From positions 3,086 to 67,085 of the forward strand of contig JAHFIQ010000005.1 of NCBI GenBank assembly GCA_023246355.1: a stretch of 64,000 nucleotides of DNA, in the 5' to 3' direction. The position numbers and the translations under genes are program-made. The notes under the pieces were generated by a model. It did no database searches. It was not told the DNA's origin and saw nothing but the letters and a program-made list of their open reading frames with translations. Shown here in pieces: positions 1 to 9,589 of this stretch (positions within the stretch are counted from its first letter, which is position 1; each line of letters opens with the position of its first letter). The DNA comes from Candidatus Uhrbacteria bacterium (lineage in GTDB: Bacteria; Patescibacteriota; Patescibacteriia; UBA9934; GWF2-40-263).

Positions 1-30
1 GCTTGACTATACTTGATGAGCGATAAACGG

Positions 31-582
31 TCAAGAACGGGCGAGAACCATAATCATCCGGCCATTTTGGAACTTGATCGGCTGCTCAACCCGCAGAGGG
101 TAATGGGCTTTGAGCATTTCAAGGAATTGGTTCATGACCGTCTCGGCAACGTCTTTGTGCGCCTTCTCGCGTCCTCGAAGCGGAAGATCGACTTGGACCT
201 TGTCGCCCTTCTCAAAAAACTTTTTTGCCTGCTCGACTCGGACTTCCAGATCATGGGTGCCGATTCTCACAGAGAGACGAATGCCTTTGGTTTCAATCTC
301 CTTGGACTGGGCCTTGCGCTTCTTGGCTTCTTTTTCTTTTTGATATTTGAATTGGCCGTAGTCAAGAATTTTGCACACAGGCGGTTCAGCTTTTGGCGAG
401 ACCTCAACCAAGTCCATTTCTTTTGCTTGAGCCATAGCAATGGCTTCTTCAAGAGGAAGAACTCCGAGCGCTTCGCCCTGCGCCCCAATCACACGAACCT
501 GCTCGGCTTTGATACGGGCATTGACGCGATATTGTTGGATGTCGAGCTTGGGTCTGCGAAATCGATGTCTGTGGATACGCAT
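31..582 (-). CDS. infC: Translation initiation factor IF-3
   Basis: Translation has the IF-3 N- and C-domain signatures (VRVIGAQGEALGVLPLEEAI...MDLVEVSPKAEPPVCKILDYGQFKYQ...). The true start may be a non-ATG codon, as is common for infC. Confidence 0.85.
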   Translation of the reverse strand: MRIHRHRFRRPKLDIQQYRVNARIKAEQVRVIGAQGEALGVLPLEEAIAMAQAKEMDLVEVSPKAEPPVCKILDYGQFKYQKEKEAKKRKAQSKEIETKGIRLSVRIGTHDLEVRVEQAKKFFEKGDKVQVDLPLRGREKAHKDVAETVMNQFLEMLKAHYPLRVEQPIKFQNGRMIMVLARS

Positions 583-671
583 AGGATGTGCAACACTCTA
601 ACCAAAAGGTTCAAAAAAATCAATACAAAATGAAAACCCCACCGCGCTTCTTGAGCGGATGGGGGAGAGGA

Positions 672-1070
672 TCACTTGGCGTCGCCCACCGCATCGGGCG
701 GCGAGGTACTCGCGTCCGGAGCCGCGGTCTGCGCCGCAGAGGGCGAGTGGAGCGTGAACTCGAAGGCGCCGTCTTCCTTGTACACGGCCGTGGCCGAGAA
801 GATCTCGTCGCCACACTTCACCACGACATGGCCGTCCTGGTCCTGCGTCCGGTTGGGATCGACGAAGGCGCAGTCTCTGCGCGTGACCGGGGTTGGCGGT
901 GCCACCACAGCGCTCTGAGCCGGTTCGGCCGCCTTGGGAGCCTGCGCGAGATCCGGCTCCGGAGTGGCTTCCTGCACGATCTCCTGTGCAGGAGCCGCAG
1001 GGGGCTGGTTGGCGTCATCGTAGGTCTGGTTGGAACAAGCGCTCAGGATGAGCGTCAAAAGCAGAGTCAT
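672..1070 (-). CDS. Small secreted lipoprotein (hypothetical)
   Basis: Internal start MTLLLTLILSAC has a signal peptide and lipobox, with a GGAGAG RBS 7 nt upstream. Pro/Ala-rich linker follows. The longer 672..1148 ORF is probably an N-terminal over-extension. Confidence 0.55.
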   Translation of the reverse strand: MTLLLTLILSACSNQTYDDANQPPAAPAQEIVQEATPEPDLAQAPKAAEPAQSAVVAPPTPVTRRDCAFVDPNRTQDQDGHVVVKCGDEIFSATAVYKEDGAFEFTLHSPSAAQTAAPDASTSPPDAVGDAK

Positions 1071-1180
1071 GGCTCTCTCCGTGTGAGGGACCTCGGCAAA
1101 ACGTTTTTGCCAAGAGCAAAAGATAATCCAGCCGTCCTCCATTGTCAATGAGCTGTTCTCGTGAGAGCATGGTCTCTGAT

Positions 1181-1627
1181 ATGTCCACGCTTGCCATCAA
1201 CAAGACCGCTCGATTTGACTATGAGATTTTACAAAAGCTCGAAGGCGGCTTGGTGTTGACTGGTTCCGAGGTCAAGTCGATCAAGGCAGGTCATGTTCAG
1301 TTGAAGGGAGCGTTTTTGGATTTGCGCGGCAACGAGCTGTGGCTCAAGAATGCGTTTGTGACAGCCTACAAGCCTGCGGGAGTCAGAGACGATTATGACC
1401 CAAGTCGTAATCGAAAAGTGCTAGTGCACAAACGCGAGCTCATGAAACTCGTGGGCAAACATCACGCCGAGGGGCTCACGCTCATCCCGCTGTCTCTGTA
1501 CACAAAAGGAGGACTCATAAAACTCGAATTTGCTGTCGCACGTGGAAAGAAGCAGTTTGAAAAGCGTGAGGCGATCAAGAAGCGGGATGTACAGCGCCAA
1601 ATCCGCGAGAAACTCAAGGGGAACTGA
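1181..1627 (+). CDS. smpB: SsrA-binding protein SmpB
   Basis: FDYEILQKLEGGLVLTGSEVKSIKAG...LHKRELMKL...KGGLIKLEFAVARGKKQFEKRE is a typical SmpB. Start chosen at MSTLAINK. Confidence 0.85.
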   Translation: MSTLAINKTARFDYEILQKLEGGLVLTGSEVKSIKAGHVQLKGAFLDLRGNELWLKNAFVTAYKPAGVRDDYDPSRNRKVLVHKRELMKLVGKHHAEGLTLIPLSLYTKGGLIKLEFAVARGKKQFEKREAIKKRDVQRQIREKLKGN

Positions 1628-1764
1628 CGGTCGACACCGATCGTCATCCCGAGGTCGCCGAGGGATCTCATTCGTACCCCCTTGATTTTTTTTCAAAATG
1701 GGAGTATCATGGCCGCTGTCTTACGATCCACATCTTCCATGTGGACTGAGGCTCAGGAGGCACC

Positions 1765-2025
1765 ATGCAGAAAATTTTCTTGGGATTGATCGTGACGATT
1801 CTGGTCATCCTCGCGCGCTTCGTCTTCATCAGCGACCCCGATCTGGGTGCCGCCGTGACGGGCTTTGCTGCTCTCACCTTCGTGTCTCTGGGTGCGCGGT
1901 ACGCATTCGCGAATCCGGGTTCCGGCGTCCAGAGTTCCGTCCTCTCAGACATGGACGGCCCCAACCAGGGATGGGATCCGCGCACCATCGAAGCCGCTCG
2001 CCGTCGCGCCGACGGGATGGAGTAG
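1765..2025 (+). CDS. Small membrane protein (hypothetical)
   Basis: 86-aa ORF with an N-terminal TM helix (LGLIVTILVILARFVFI). C-terminus ARRRADGME is shared with the next mini-ORF. Confidence 0.3.
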   Translation: MQKIFLGLIVTILVILARFVFISDPDLGAAVTGFAALTFVSLGARYAFANPGSGVQSSVLSDMDGPNQGWDPRTIEAARRRADGME

Positions 2026-2028
2026 ATC

Positions 2029-2172
2029 ATGGAAATAACACCTTGGATTTGTGCTGGAACACTATTGGGTGTCAGTCCTTTTTTGATCATGTGGTTTCTT
2101 GAAGTCTTGGCTGAGCGTCGAATGCGGCATCACATCGACGCCAGGCGCCGTCGTGCCGACGGAATGGAGTAG
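2029..2172 (+). CDS. Mini-ORF, 47 aa (hypothetical small membrane peptide)
   Basis: Starts 3 nt after the upstream stop (TAGATCATG). Ends with the same RRRADGME* tail. Confidence 0.2.
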   Translation: MEITPWICAGTLLGVSPFLIMWFLEVLAERRMRHHIDARRRRADGME

Positions 2173-2175
2173 ATC

Positions 2176-2271
2176 ATGTTCTGGGCATGTATGGGATCGT
2201 TGTCCGTCATTCTGATTCTGATCTCCTTGGCGCTGTTCACTGCTCCGAGTCCACCAGACCAACAAGAGTGA
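2176..2271 (+). CDS. Mini-ORF, 31 aa (hypothetical small membrane peptide)
   Basis: Third ORF in the TAGATCATG-coupled series. Hydrophobic (SLSVILILISLALF). Confidence 0.15.
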   Translation: MFWACMGSLSVILILISLALFTAPSPPDQQE

Positions 2272-2534
2272 TTCCGCCGTCTGCTTGACGGCACTGCCTG
2301 CCTACAACGGCGGGTTTTCTGTTACAAAAGAAAAGAGCTCGCAGGTTGCGAACTCGTGGTGATGATCAGCGACCTGTGAGCTGTGCCCAGTGCTGCTTGG
2401 GACGCAGACGGAGAGAGAAGATGGCGTCGGCATGATCGCCTACGGCTCAGGCCGTTGGCGGGCAGCTATCAGAAAAAGTGTCCGCAGTATTTTTTTGGAC
2501 AAAAATACCCAGACGTATGTCTAGGTATTTATGT

Positions 2535-2922
2535 TGGTGGAGCTGGGGAGAATCGAACTCCCGTCTGGAAGGATTCGCACCGTGATGGTTCCAAGTTCAT
2601 TCACGCCTGATACCTTGCCACGCTCAAGGCGTGAAGCAATACGTGACAAGGAGCCGATCGCAACTCTTGAACATGAGAGATCGGTGACCTCATGTTCCAG
2701 CCTGATGATATAACACCCGACTGTTGGTTATCAGACGTCACCAACGCGGATGGCCCTCAGCTTACGCGAGGACAGGGGCAAAAGATGGAACGCGAAATGC
2801 ATTCTTGATCATTGCCATGACGTTGTTTGCAGTTGTCGTCGTGCACGGAAATATTTACGAGCTGCCGTACCGGCTCGACTTGATCACGGATGGTAGGCCT
2901 ACCATCGATACCGATCAGCCCC
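2535..2922 (-). ncRNA. ssrA: tmRNA (SsrA)
   Basis: On the minus strand the 5' end GGGGCUGAUCGGUAUCGAUGG pairs with the 3' end ...GGGAGUUCGAUUCUCCCCAGCUCCACCA. This gives a tRNA-Ala-like acceptor with a G3:U wobble, a T-loop GUUCGAUUC and an encoded CCA. Candidate tag ORF ...AFRVPSFAPVLA-UAA. Lies next to smpB. Confidence 0.8.
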
Positions 2923-2930
2923 ATCGCAGG

Positions 2931-2959
2931 AGTCTATGCCATTTTACGTTTTTGGTCAA
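2931..2959 (-). promoter_or_regulatory. Putative sigma70-like promoter for ssrA
   Basis: Minus strand reads TTGACC-17nt-TAGACT, about 9 nt upstream of the tmRNA 5' G. Confidence 0.35.
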
Positions 2960-2996
2960 TCGTGTAGAATCCTCCGCGGCTCTCACGGAGACTCTG

Positions 2997-4385
2997 ATGA
3001 CGCATGCCCACCATTCTTCTCCTGCCCCAGCTTCTGTACCACGCACCGATCCTTTCTTCGCGGATTCTGCCAATGATCGCGTGGTGCGCGGACCGCACCA
3101 TCGTCGTTTCCTGCCACCCTCGCAGATGTTTCTCATCAGGATGGGACTCGAAAGCTACCGTCGTGACCATCCCGGACGTCCAACCTTCGATGCCTCGCAA
3201 GGGGACGGCGGCGCGAGTCTGGGAGGCATCCCGCACCGGGAGCTCGTAGAGGCACTGGACCGGTTTCTTCCCAGCGTTCACGCAACGGCCTACGGTACAC
3301 CGCAAGGTGACGTGCGAGTTCGCGCGGCGATCTTTGCGAACTACTACCGGCTCTCGCCTGACTCCGGCCTCACGCCCGATCATGTGGTCCTCACCGACGG
3401 CGGACGCGATGCACTCTCCAAGTGGTACCAGGCGATCCAGATTCTGGCCGGCGTATCAGGAGACTGTCTGCTCACCTCGGCCGCTCCGTGGATTTCCTAC
3501 GGCCACGGTTCGTATCTTGCAGGGTTGAACCTGCTGTGCGCGCCATCGACCGACGGAAGTTTCAAGATCACACCCGAAGGTGTGAAGGCCAGCATCAAGT
3601 TTGCCTCTCAAGAAGTCTATCGTGTTCGAGCGCTGGTGATCACCACACCTGACAATCCTACCGGAACCTTCTACACGCAAGAGGAAGTGGTCGAGCTCAT
3701 TCAGGAGGCAACGGATTGTGGTTTGAGCCAGATCCTTGTGGACCTCATGTACCAGACCGTGCTGGATGATGACCATGTGCGGTACGACATTCCAGCGATC
3801 CTGGCTGCCCTCTCACCTGAAGCACGTCGTCGCGTGACGTTCATGGACGGACTCACCAAGTCGGCAGGAGCGAGCAATGTTCGCCATGCACACTTGCTGT
3901 GCGGCGACCTGCACATGGCAAAGTGTCTGACCGCCATTGCGTCCCACACGGTGCTTCCCAATGTGTTGGGAGAAGCTGCAGCGTTTGAGGTCTATGGAGC
4001 TGAGCATCCTGATCAGCATCCCTGGATTCGCCGTGTGGTTGAACCGACCACCAAGAGTCGAGCGCTGTTCCGTGCCAGGATGATGGGATTTGACCATCGC
4101 TTCGTTGCAGATCAGGGCTACTACGGGTTCGTGCATGTGGCACCGTGGTTGGAACGCCGTGTGCCTGACCATCTCATGTTCCGTGATGCGCGTGATCGAG
4201 TCATCGAAACCATTCATGACACCAATGATTTGGTCGCGTACCTCACGGCCCGTCATGGCCTCGCGGTCGTGCCAGGCGCCCCGTTCCATCAACCCGAGTT
4301 CATTCGCTTCAGTCTCGCGAACACTCCCGACTACACCGGAGCCGCTGTGGTGCGCTTCAACGAAGCCCTTCACGCACTCGAGTAG
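2997..4385 (+). CDS. PLP-dependent aminotransferase, class I/II
   Basis: LVITTPDNPTGTFYT and FMDGLTKSAGASNVR (PLP lysine) motifs. GGAG RBS 8 nt upstream of ATG 2997. The 2724..2996 part of the listed ORF overlaps ssrA and is rejected. Confidence 0.7.
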   Translation: MTHAHHSSPAPASVPRTDPFFADSANDRVVRGPHHRRFLPPSQMFLIRMGLESYRRDHPGRPTFDASQGDGGASLGGIPHRELVEALDRFLPSVHATAYGTPQGDVRVRAAIFANYYRLSPDSGLTPDHVVLTDGGRDALSKWYQAIQILAGVSGDCLLTSAAPWISYGHGSYLAGLNLLCAPSTDGSFKITPEGVKASIKFASQEVYRVRALVITTPDNPTGTFYTQEEVVELIQEATDCGLSQILVDLMYQTVLDDDHVRYDIPAILAALSPEARRRVTFMDGLTKSAGASNVRHAHLLCGDLHMAKCLTAIASHTVLPNVLGEAAAFEVYGAEHPDQHPWIRRVVEPTTKSRALFRARMMGFDHRFVADQGYYGFVHVAPWLERRVPDHLMFRDARDRVIETIHDTNDLVAYLTARHGLAVVPGAPFHQPEFIRFSLANTPDYTGAAVVRFNEALHALE

Positions 4386-4413
4386 TTCAACACCGAGCCA
4401 TCACAGGCTCGTT

Positions 4414-6591
4414 TTATTTTAGCGTTTCAATGAAGGCGTTCACTTCCTGGGCTGATTCTGGATGCAGTGTTCGATACTGCACAGCGGTCTCGATCGCCTG
4501 TTGGATTCGGCCATCTGCGGCATAGGCAGCAGCGAGTTTGGGAAGAAGGGCATCGTTATTTGGTTCAACGGCTCGGGCGGACTCATAGAGAAACACAATT
4601 TTTGGGGTGTCTCCTACACCGATGTAGTAGTTAATCAGCCAATCAAAGGCTTGTGCGCTTGTGAGCTGCTCTCCCTGCTGAAGACTTTGAATAGCCAGAG
4701 GAGCGGCACGCGAAAGATCGCCATCACGAGCATAGATGAGCGCAAGGGTGAACAGGGCATCTGGGTGATTAGGCGCAAGGACGAGTGCGGCCTGAATGGT
4801 TTTTTCCGCCTCGTCGCGTAAACCATTCACCGTCTGCATATTAGATAGCACGATGAGCGCTTCCACCCGCGTGGGAGCCAGCTCGATGGCACGAGAGACA
4901 ATAGCGAAACTTTCTTGGCTGACAGGGGTGTTTGTTGCAACTGCATAAGAGAGTTCCAAACGCGCCGCCCGATACCAATTGTAGGCTCGAACAGGATGTC
5001 GACGCAGGGTTTTTTCGTAGGCCTGATGTGCCGATGAATAGATGGCAGTCGTGAGTCCTGGATCCTGGATGTTTCCCTTGATCTGTTGCTCCAAAGTATC
5101 GCTGTAGAGGTCAGCAAGCAAGGCAATGTCGTAGACAAAAAATGCCTGAGAGACACGATCAAGATGTTCGACTTGTTGCTGGGGACTCTCGTGATCGCGC
5201 GAGATGACTTGTCCGTACAGAGAGAATTGTGAGGCGGTTGGAATGAGTAAGAAGAAAATAATGATGAGAGGCACGACCAGACTCAGTGGACGTATCCACC
5301 TCCAGAGTGTGCCAGAACGGATGTGCTGTTGCGGAGGGATGGGTGCATCAAAGACCAAGGCCAAGAAAAAATAAAACGACACCAGAGGGACAATCGTATT
5401 GAAGACAAATAAATTTTGAACGAGATAGGCCACAAGAGCAGACATCAAGGCACAGGGTGGTATCCACGAGTCTTGTGATTTCCGTTTCAGAATCGTTCGG
5501 GTAATGACAAAGAGGTACAGGAGGTAGCTCAGGAGTGTGAAGATCCCACCGGTGGCAAGAATTTCTAAAATTTGATTATGCGGCTTATCTGGCCAGCTTC
5601 CAGATTCCTCATACAGATCGTTGGGATAATATCGGTCGGCGATGCGGTAGAAATTTTGGTGTCCGACGCCAAACCAGGGATCGTCCATCCAGCCGATCAC
5701 GGCGAGCCGCCAGTAGGTGAGACGGCTGCTCACACTGGCATCGGTATAGTGTGTCAGTCGATAGAGATCCGTTCCTTGTGTTGATGTGTATCTGAGGCTC
5801 AATCCGACAACAGAAAGGAGGAGACATCCCAGCACGAGACAGAGCCATGTTTTTCTTCGTTGCGCCTTTTGCGTGTGTGTGACCAAAGAGATCACCCCCC
5901 AGGTGACGCATCCAATCAGCACACCCAAGTAGGCTCCTCGTGTTTCAGAAGCCAGGATGCCAAGGCCTGTGGTAAGCGCACAGATAGCAAAGATCGACCT
6001 CCAGAGACGGGTTTTTTCCCGGACGAACATTCCGATCGAAAGAAAAAAAGGAATCATGAGGCTGGCCGCAAAGAACACCGGATTGCCGATCGTCGAAGAA
6101 GACCTCGTTTCAAACACATCGATGCTTGGGAGTAGGTTCAGATGTTGCAAAGCACCGATGGTTCCTACGAGCATGCCTACGCACAGGAACAAACGAACCA
6201 GGACGATACGGCTTGACTTCCAGGTTTGGAACAGGGTGACGAGCGCCAAAAAAAAGATAAAGAGGTGGTAACGCAAAAATAAGCCGTCAACGCGAGAGGC
6301 GTTTCCCAAAAAACTATTCCATGGGTCAACACCGACCGAGGCGGATAGACTCATGAGGCAAAAGTACAGCAGGAGCGACAGGGGAATGGGATGGGTCAAA
6401 ATAGAACGTCTTTCCGGCAGTCGTGAAAGATGAAAGACGAAGAAGGGAAGGGAGAGCTCAATCAAAAAAACGAAGAAAAAAATCTTTGTGCTGAGGAACG
6501 GAGCATACAAGGTTCGTAAAAAGATGAGAGGGGTGATGAGACAGAGTCCAAGGAGGAACGCGAGGCATTTTTCTGGAAAGGTGTGGGACAT
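4414..6591 (-). CDS. O-antigen ligase (Wzy_C)-like polytopic membrane protein with C-terminal TPR repeats
   Basis: N-terminal ~400 aa is multi-TM with a large periplasmic loop typical of the O-antigen ligase family. C-terminal ~250 aa shows TPR-like helical repeats. Confidence 0.55.
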   Translation of the reverse strand: MSHTFPEKCLAFLLGLCLITPLIFLRTLYAPFLSTKIFFFVFLIELSLPFFVFHLSRLPERRSILTHPIPLSLLLYFCLMSLSASVGVDPWNSFLGNASRVDGLFLRYHLFIFFLALVTLFQTWKSSRIVLVRLFLCVGMLVGTIGALQHLNLLPSIDVFETRSSSTIGNPVFFAASLMIPFFLSIGMFVREKTRLWRSIFAICALTTGLGILASETRGAYLGVLIGCVTWGVISLVTHTQKAQRRKTWLCLVLGCLLLSVVGLSLRYTSTQGTDLYRLTHYTDASVSSRLTYWRLAVIGWMDDPWFGVGHQNFYRIADRYYPNDLYEESGSWPDKPHNQILEILATGGIFTLLSYLLYLFVITRTILKRKSQDSWIPPCALMSALVAYLVQNLFVFNTIVPLVSFYFFLALVFDAPIPPQQHIRSGTLWRWIRPLSLVVPLIIIFFLLIPTASQFSLYGQVISRDHESPQQQVEHLDRVSQAFFVYDIALLADLYSDTLEQQIKGNIQDPGLTTAIYSSAHQAYEKTLRRHPVRAYNWYRAARLELSYAVATNTPVSQESFAIVSRAIELAPTRVEALIVLSNMQTVNGLRDEAEKTIQAALVLAPNHPDALFTLALIYARDGDLSRAAPLAIQSLQQGEQLTSAQAFDWLINYYIGVGDTPKIVFLYESARAVEPNNDALLPKLAAAYAADGRIQQAIETAVQYRTLHPESAQEVNAFIETLK

Positions 6592-6647
6592 ACGGTGGTC
6601 GAGACATTCTACCTCATCTTCTAACTGTGCTATAATTCAGTCAACCT

Positions 6648-7676
6648 ATGCATCCGCCGCAATCGGTGAGCATTTCCACCGCGACGTTTATTAAAGCTGT
6701 TGTTATTGTTCTTGGCATTTGGTTTTTGTGGTACGTGAGAGACGTCGTTGCGATTTTGGTCGCGTCGCTTTTACTTTCCTCGCTCATTGAACCCTTTGCC
6801 GCAACTCTTCACGCGCGGCATATTCCTCGTGGACTCGCGGTGCTCATCGTGTACACGGTGTTGCTCACCCTCGTCTCGATTCTCACGGTTCTGCTTGTGC
6901 CAGCAGTCAGCACTCAGGGAGGACAATTGTTGAATTCTGTTTCAACGTCGTTCAGTGGCGTGGCGCATTCGTTTGGTGCGCTTCAGAATTTTACACAGAC
7001 GCATGGGCTTGCGGATAATTTTTCAAGCTCCATCACATCATTGCAAGAAGCGTTTGGACAATCCGTTGGTTCCATTTTTAGCACGGTGAAGGGGGTCGTC
7101 ACAGGCGTAGTCGCCACATTCATTGTGATGGTGCTTGCGTTTTACATGGTGGTGGAAGAGGAGAAAGTGCGAAAATATTTTCGCTCTCTCGCCCCGATCG
7201 AATATCAACCGTACGTGGGGCATCTCATGAAAAAGGTTCAAAAAAAAATGGGGGAGTGGTTGCGTGGGCAATTGATTTTAGCGCTCGTGGTTGGAACGTT
7301 GATTTTTATTGGCCTCTCGATGTTTGGAGTGCCGTATGCGCTGTTGCTTGCGCTGATAGCCGGCGTGCTTGAAGTCGTTCCCTATGTGGGGCCCGTGCTC
7401 TCACTCATTCCAGCGGTCATCATTGGTTTGGCGCAATCGCCGGTGATTGGTTTGGCTGTGGTACTTTTGTATGTGCTCGTTCAGCAGATCGAAAATCACG
7501 TCCTCGTTCCAAAAATCATGCAGACGGTTACAGGACTCAATCCCATCATCAGTATTTTGGCGCTTCTTGTTGGCATCAAAGTTGCCGGACTCGTGGGCGC
7601 GATTTTTTCTATTCCTCTGGCCATGATTGGTGTCGTGATGCTTGAAGATTTATTCGGTGACATGACTGAATCCTAA
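6648..7676 (+). CDS. AI-2E family transporter (PerM/UPF0118)
   Basis: Eight-TM profile and conserved stretches (GQLILALVVGTLIFIGL...PYALLLALIAGVLEVVPYVGPVLS) typical of AI-2E. Confidence 0.7.
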   Translation: MHPPQSVSISTATFIKAVVIVLGIWFLWYVRDVVAILVASLLLSSLIEPFAATLHARHIPRGLAVLIVYTVLLTLVSILTVLLVPAVSTQGGQLLNSVSTSFSGVAHSFGALQNFTQTHGLADNFSSSITSLQEAFGQSVGSIFSTVKGVVTGVVATFIVMVLAFYMVVEEEKVRKYFRSLAPIEYQPYVGHLMKKVQKKMGEWLRGQLILALVVGTLIFIGLSMFGVPYALLLALIAGVLEVVPYVGPVLSLIPAVIIGLAQSPVIGLAVVLLYVLVQQIENHVLVPKIMQTVTGLNPIISILALLVGIKVAGLVGAIFSIPLAMIGVVMLEDLFGDMTES

Positions 7677-7677
7677 T

Positions 7678-8076
7678 ATGCGCTATTATCATCGCCATTC
7701 TTTTTTTCCTCTGGTCATTATCTTGCTCTCCCTTCTGTTAGGCTTCTTTATTTTTCTCACCGTGAGTCGTGAGCGGCCGGTGGTGGAACAAACGTCTGTC
7801 GCGCCGGTGGATGAACAATCGTATCGAGAAGAGCTCATGCTTCTGCTCACCACATTTGAAACAGACATGAATGCGGCGCCTGACAACGCGGGAAAGCTCT
7901 CTATTGCCCAGAGCACGTTTGCTGAGGTGATTGCTCTGCGCGTTCCACCAGAAGAGAAAGACCTGCATCTCTCGCTCGCACTCGCTCTTTCAAACATTCA
8001 GACAGCCCTCAAAGGGTCTGACCCAGATATCAGCATTTATGTGCTTCAAATTCAGACGATCACAGAGAGTTTATGA
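7678..8076 (+). CDS. Hypothetical membrane-anchored protein
   Basis: N-terminal TM helix. ATGA start/stop overlap with the neighbouring genes. Confidence 0.4.
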   Translation: MRYYHRHSFFPLVIILLSLLLGFFIFLTVSRERPVVEQTSVAPVDEQSYREELMLLLTTFETDMNAAPDNAGKLSIAQSTFAEVIALRVPPEEKDLHLSLALALSNIQTALKGSDPDISIYVLQIQTITESL

Positions 8077-8822
8077 CCCGTGTGGAAAAAAATGCTTCCG
8101 TGAAGGAAGAACTTGAACAGATGAAGGGGAGCGTGGTGGCAGAAGTTCGTGAGCACAATCGCAAACGTCGTCCCATGCTCACCTGCAGCCTTGTCATGCT
8201 CTTTTTTGTCCTGTGTTTTTTTGCGTGGATGGCTTGGCTTATCGCCTCAACAGGTTTTGTCCGGGTTCCTTTGTTCACGTCGCTTGCCTATCACACACCT
8301 GAACCTCTCCATACGGTTGAGCCAGGAGTCCCTGTTGACGTATTTGCCCACGAGCAGCTGACGAGCGAAGTAACGAAACGTCTGCAAGCAGGTTCTGGTG
8401 AGATCGAAGATCGTACGATCTCGCTCACGATTTCTGAATCTTCGTTGACCGCAACCCTACGTTCCCTCATGGAAGAATCAGGTCTCACGTTTCTTGATGC
8501 ACATGAAGCACAGATCGCTCTGTCACCGGGCTCAGGTGCTTCCCTGTTTGTTCCTCTATCCAACAATGACCTGCACTCCGCGATCACTCTTGAAATGGAC
8601 GTTGGGGTGCTGGATGGAAAAATTGCTCTTACACCTACGCTCCTGCGAGTGGGGAGTCTGAACGTGCCGCGGGTGTTTCTGGTGAGACTCTTGGATCCAC
8701 TGATCGCGCAGGAAGTGGAAACGCTCAATGATGAACTTACGGGTTATGCAGATGTGACTGCCGTTCAAGTGACAGAGGGATTTGTGACGCTGACCGGAGA
8801 GCTGTCTGTTGAAATCCAATAG
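8073..8822 (+). CDS. Hypothetical membrane-anchored protein
   Basis: One N-terminal TM helix. Translationally coupled in the same operon. Confidence 0.4.
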   Translation: MTRVEKNASVKEELEQMKGSVVAEVREHNRKRRPMLTCSLVMLFFVLCFFAWMAWLIASTGFVRVPLFTSLAYHTPEPLHTVEPGVPVDVFAHEQLTSEVTKRLQAGSGEIEDRTISLTISESSLTATLRSLMEESGLTFLDAHEAQIALSPGSGASLFVPLSNNDLHSAITLEMDVGVLDGKIALTPTLLRVGSLNVPRVFLVRLLDPLIAQEVETLNDELTGYADVTAVQVTEGFVTLTGELSVEIQ

Positions 8823-8824
8823 GT

Positions 8825-9589
8825 ATGATTCTTTTGCATCGCATTACATCATTTGGCATCGCCCTTGTGGCCCTGTTCAGTTTTGTTTTGCTCCTGGAAG
8901 GATTTACGCATCCACTCCTGGTTGTTTTGTTGTGCACGATTTTTTGTGGTCTTTTACTTGCTCGGCTCCTCAATGTTCAGGTACGAACATTTCAGTTTTG
9001 GCATCTCTTTGGCACACCGATGTTATTCTTACTTTCGAGTTTTGGATTATTTTTTCTTTTAGAGTCCGTCAGTATCAAATGGGTGCTTGCAGGACTCGTC
9101 ACTGTTTTTCTTCTGTTGTTTGTCGAGCACGTGTTTAATTTTATTCATCTTCCATCGAAGTATCAGCCTTTCACGCTTGAATATCTGTCCCAGCTCCTGC
9201 ATGTCCTTTCTGTTTTTTTTCTCGCGACGTTGGGATTTGGATTAAGACTTTTTTTGCATGCACCGCTGTGGTTGCTCTGTCTCGCGTTTTTCCTTGTCCT
9301 CACCTTCATCATGTACGGCACGCTCTTTGCCAGCAAGGTGGATGCACTCAAGGCACGACCCTATGCCCTGGCCACCGCGCTTCTCATCACCGAACTTTTC
9401 GCTGTGATTTCTTTTCTCCCCACAGGATTTTATACCAACGCCGCTTTTTTGGCTCTCGGAGTCTATGTCCTGTTGGGCTTGTCACGGGCCGATGCCTTGC
9501 ATAAGCTCTCCCGCGAAGTGTTGCGACGGTATCTAACCATTTTTGTCTTCCTTGGCGCGGTGATTGCTCTGACGTCTCAATGGATATGA
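8825..9589 (+). CDS. Hypothetical polytopic membrane protein
   Basis: About 7 predicted TM helices, no recognisable motif. Confidence 0.4.
   Translation: MILLHRITSFGIALVALFSFVLLLEGFTHPLLVVLLCTIFCGLLLARLLNVQVRTFQFWHLFGTPMLFLLSSFGLFFLLESVSIKWVLAGLVTVFLLLFVEHVFNFIHLPSKYQPFTLEYLSQLLHVLSVFFLATLGFGLRLFLHAPLWLLCLAFFLVLTFIMYGTLFASKVDALKARPYALATALLITELFAVISFLPTGFYTNAAFLALGVYVLLGLSRADALHKLSREVLRRYLTIFVFLGAVIALTSQWI

Noticed and set aside
13-633. 206-aa plus-strand ORF at the window start
   Set aside because: Antisense shadow of infC (31..582, minus), which has unmistakable IF-3 homology. No features of its own.
2724-2996. N-terminal 91 codons of the listed 553-aa ORF
   Set aside because: Overlaps the tmRNA gene on the opposite strand. 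The aminotransferase homology and a GGAG RBS begin at ATG 2997.
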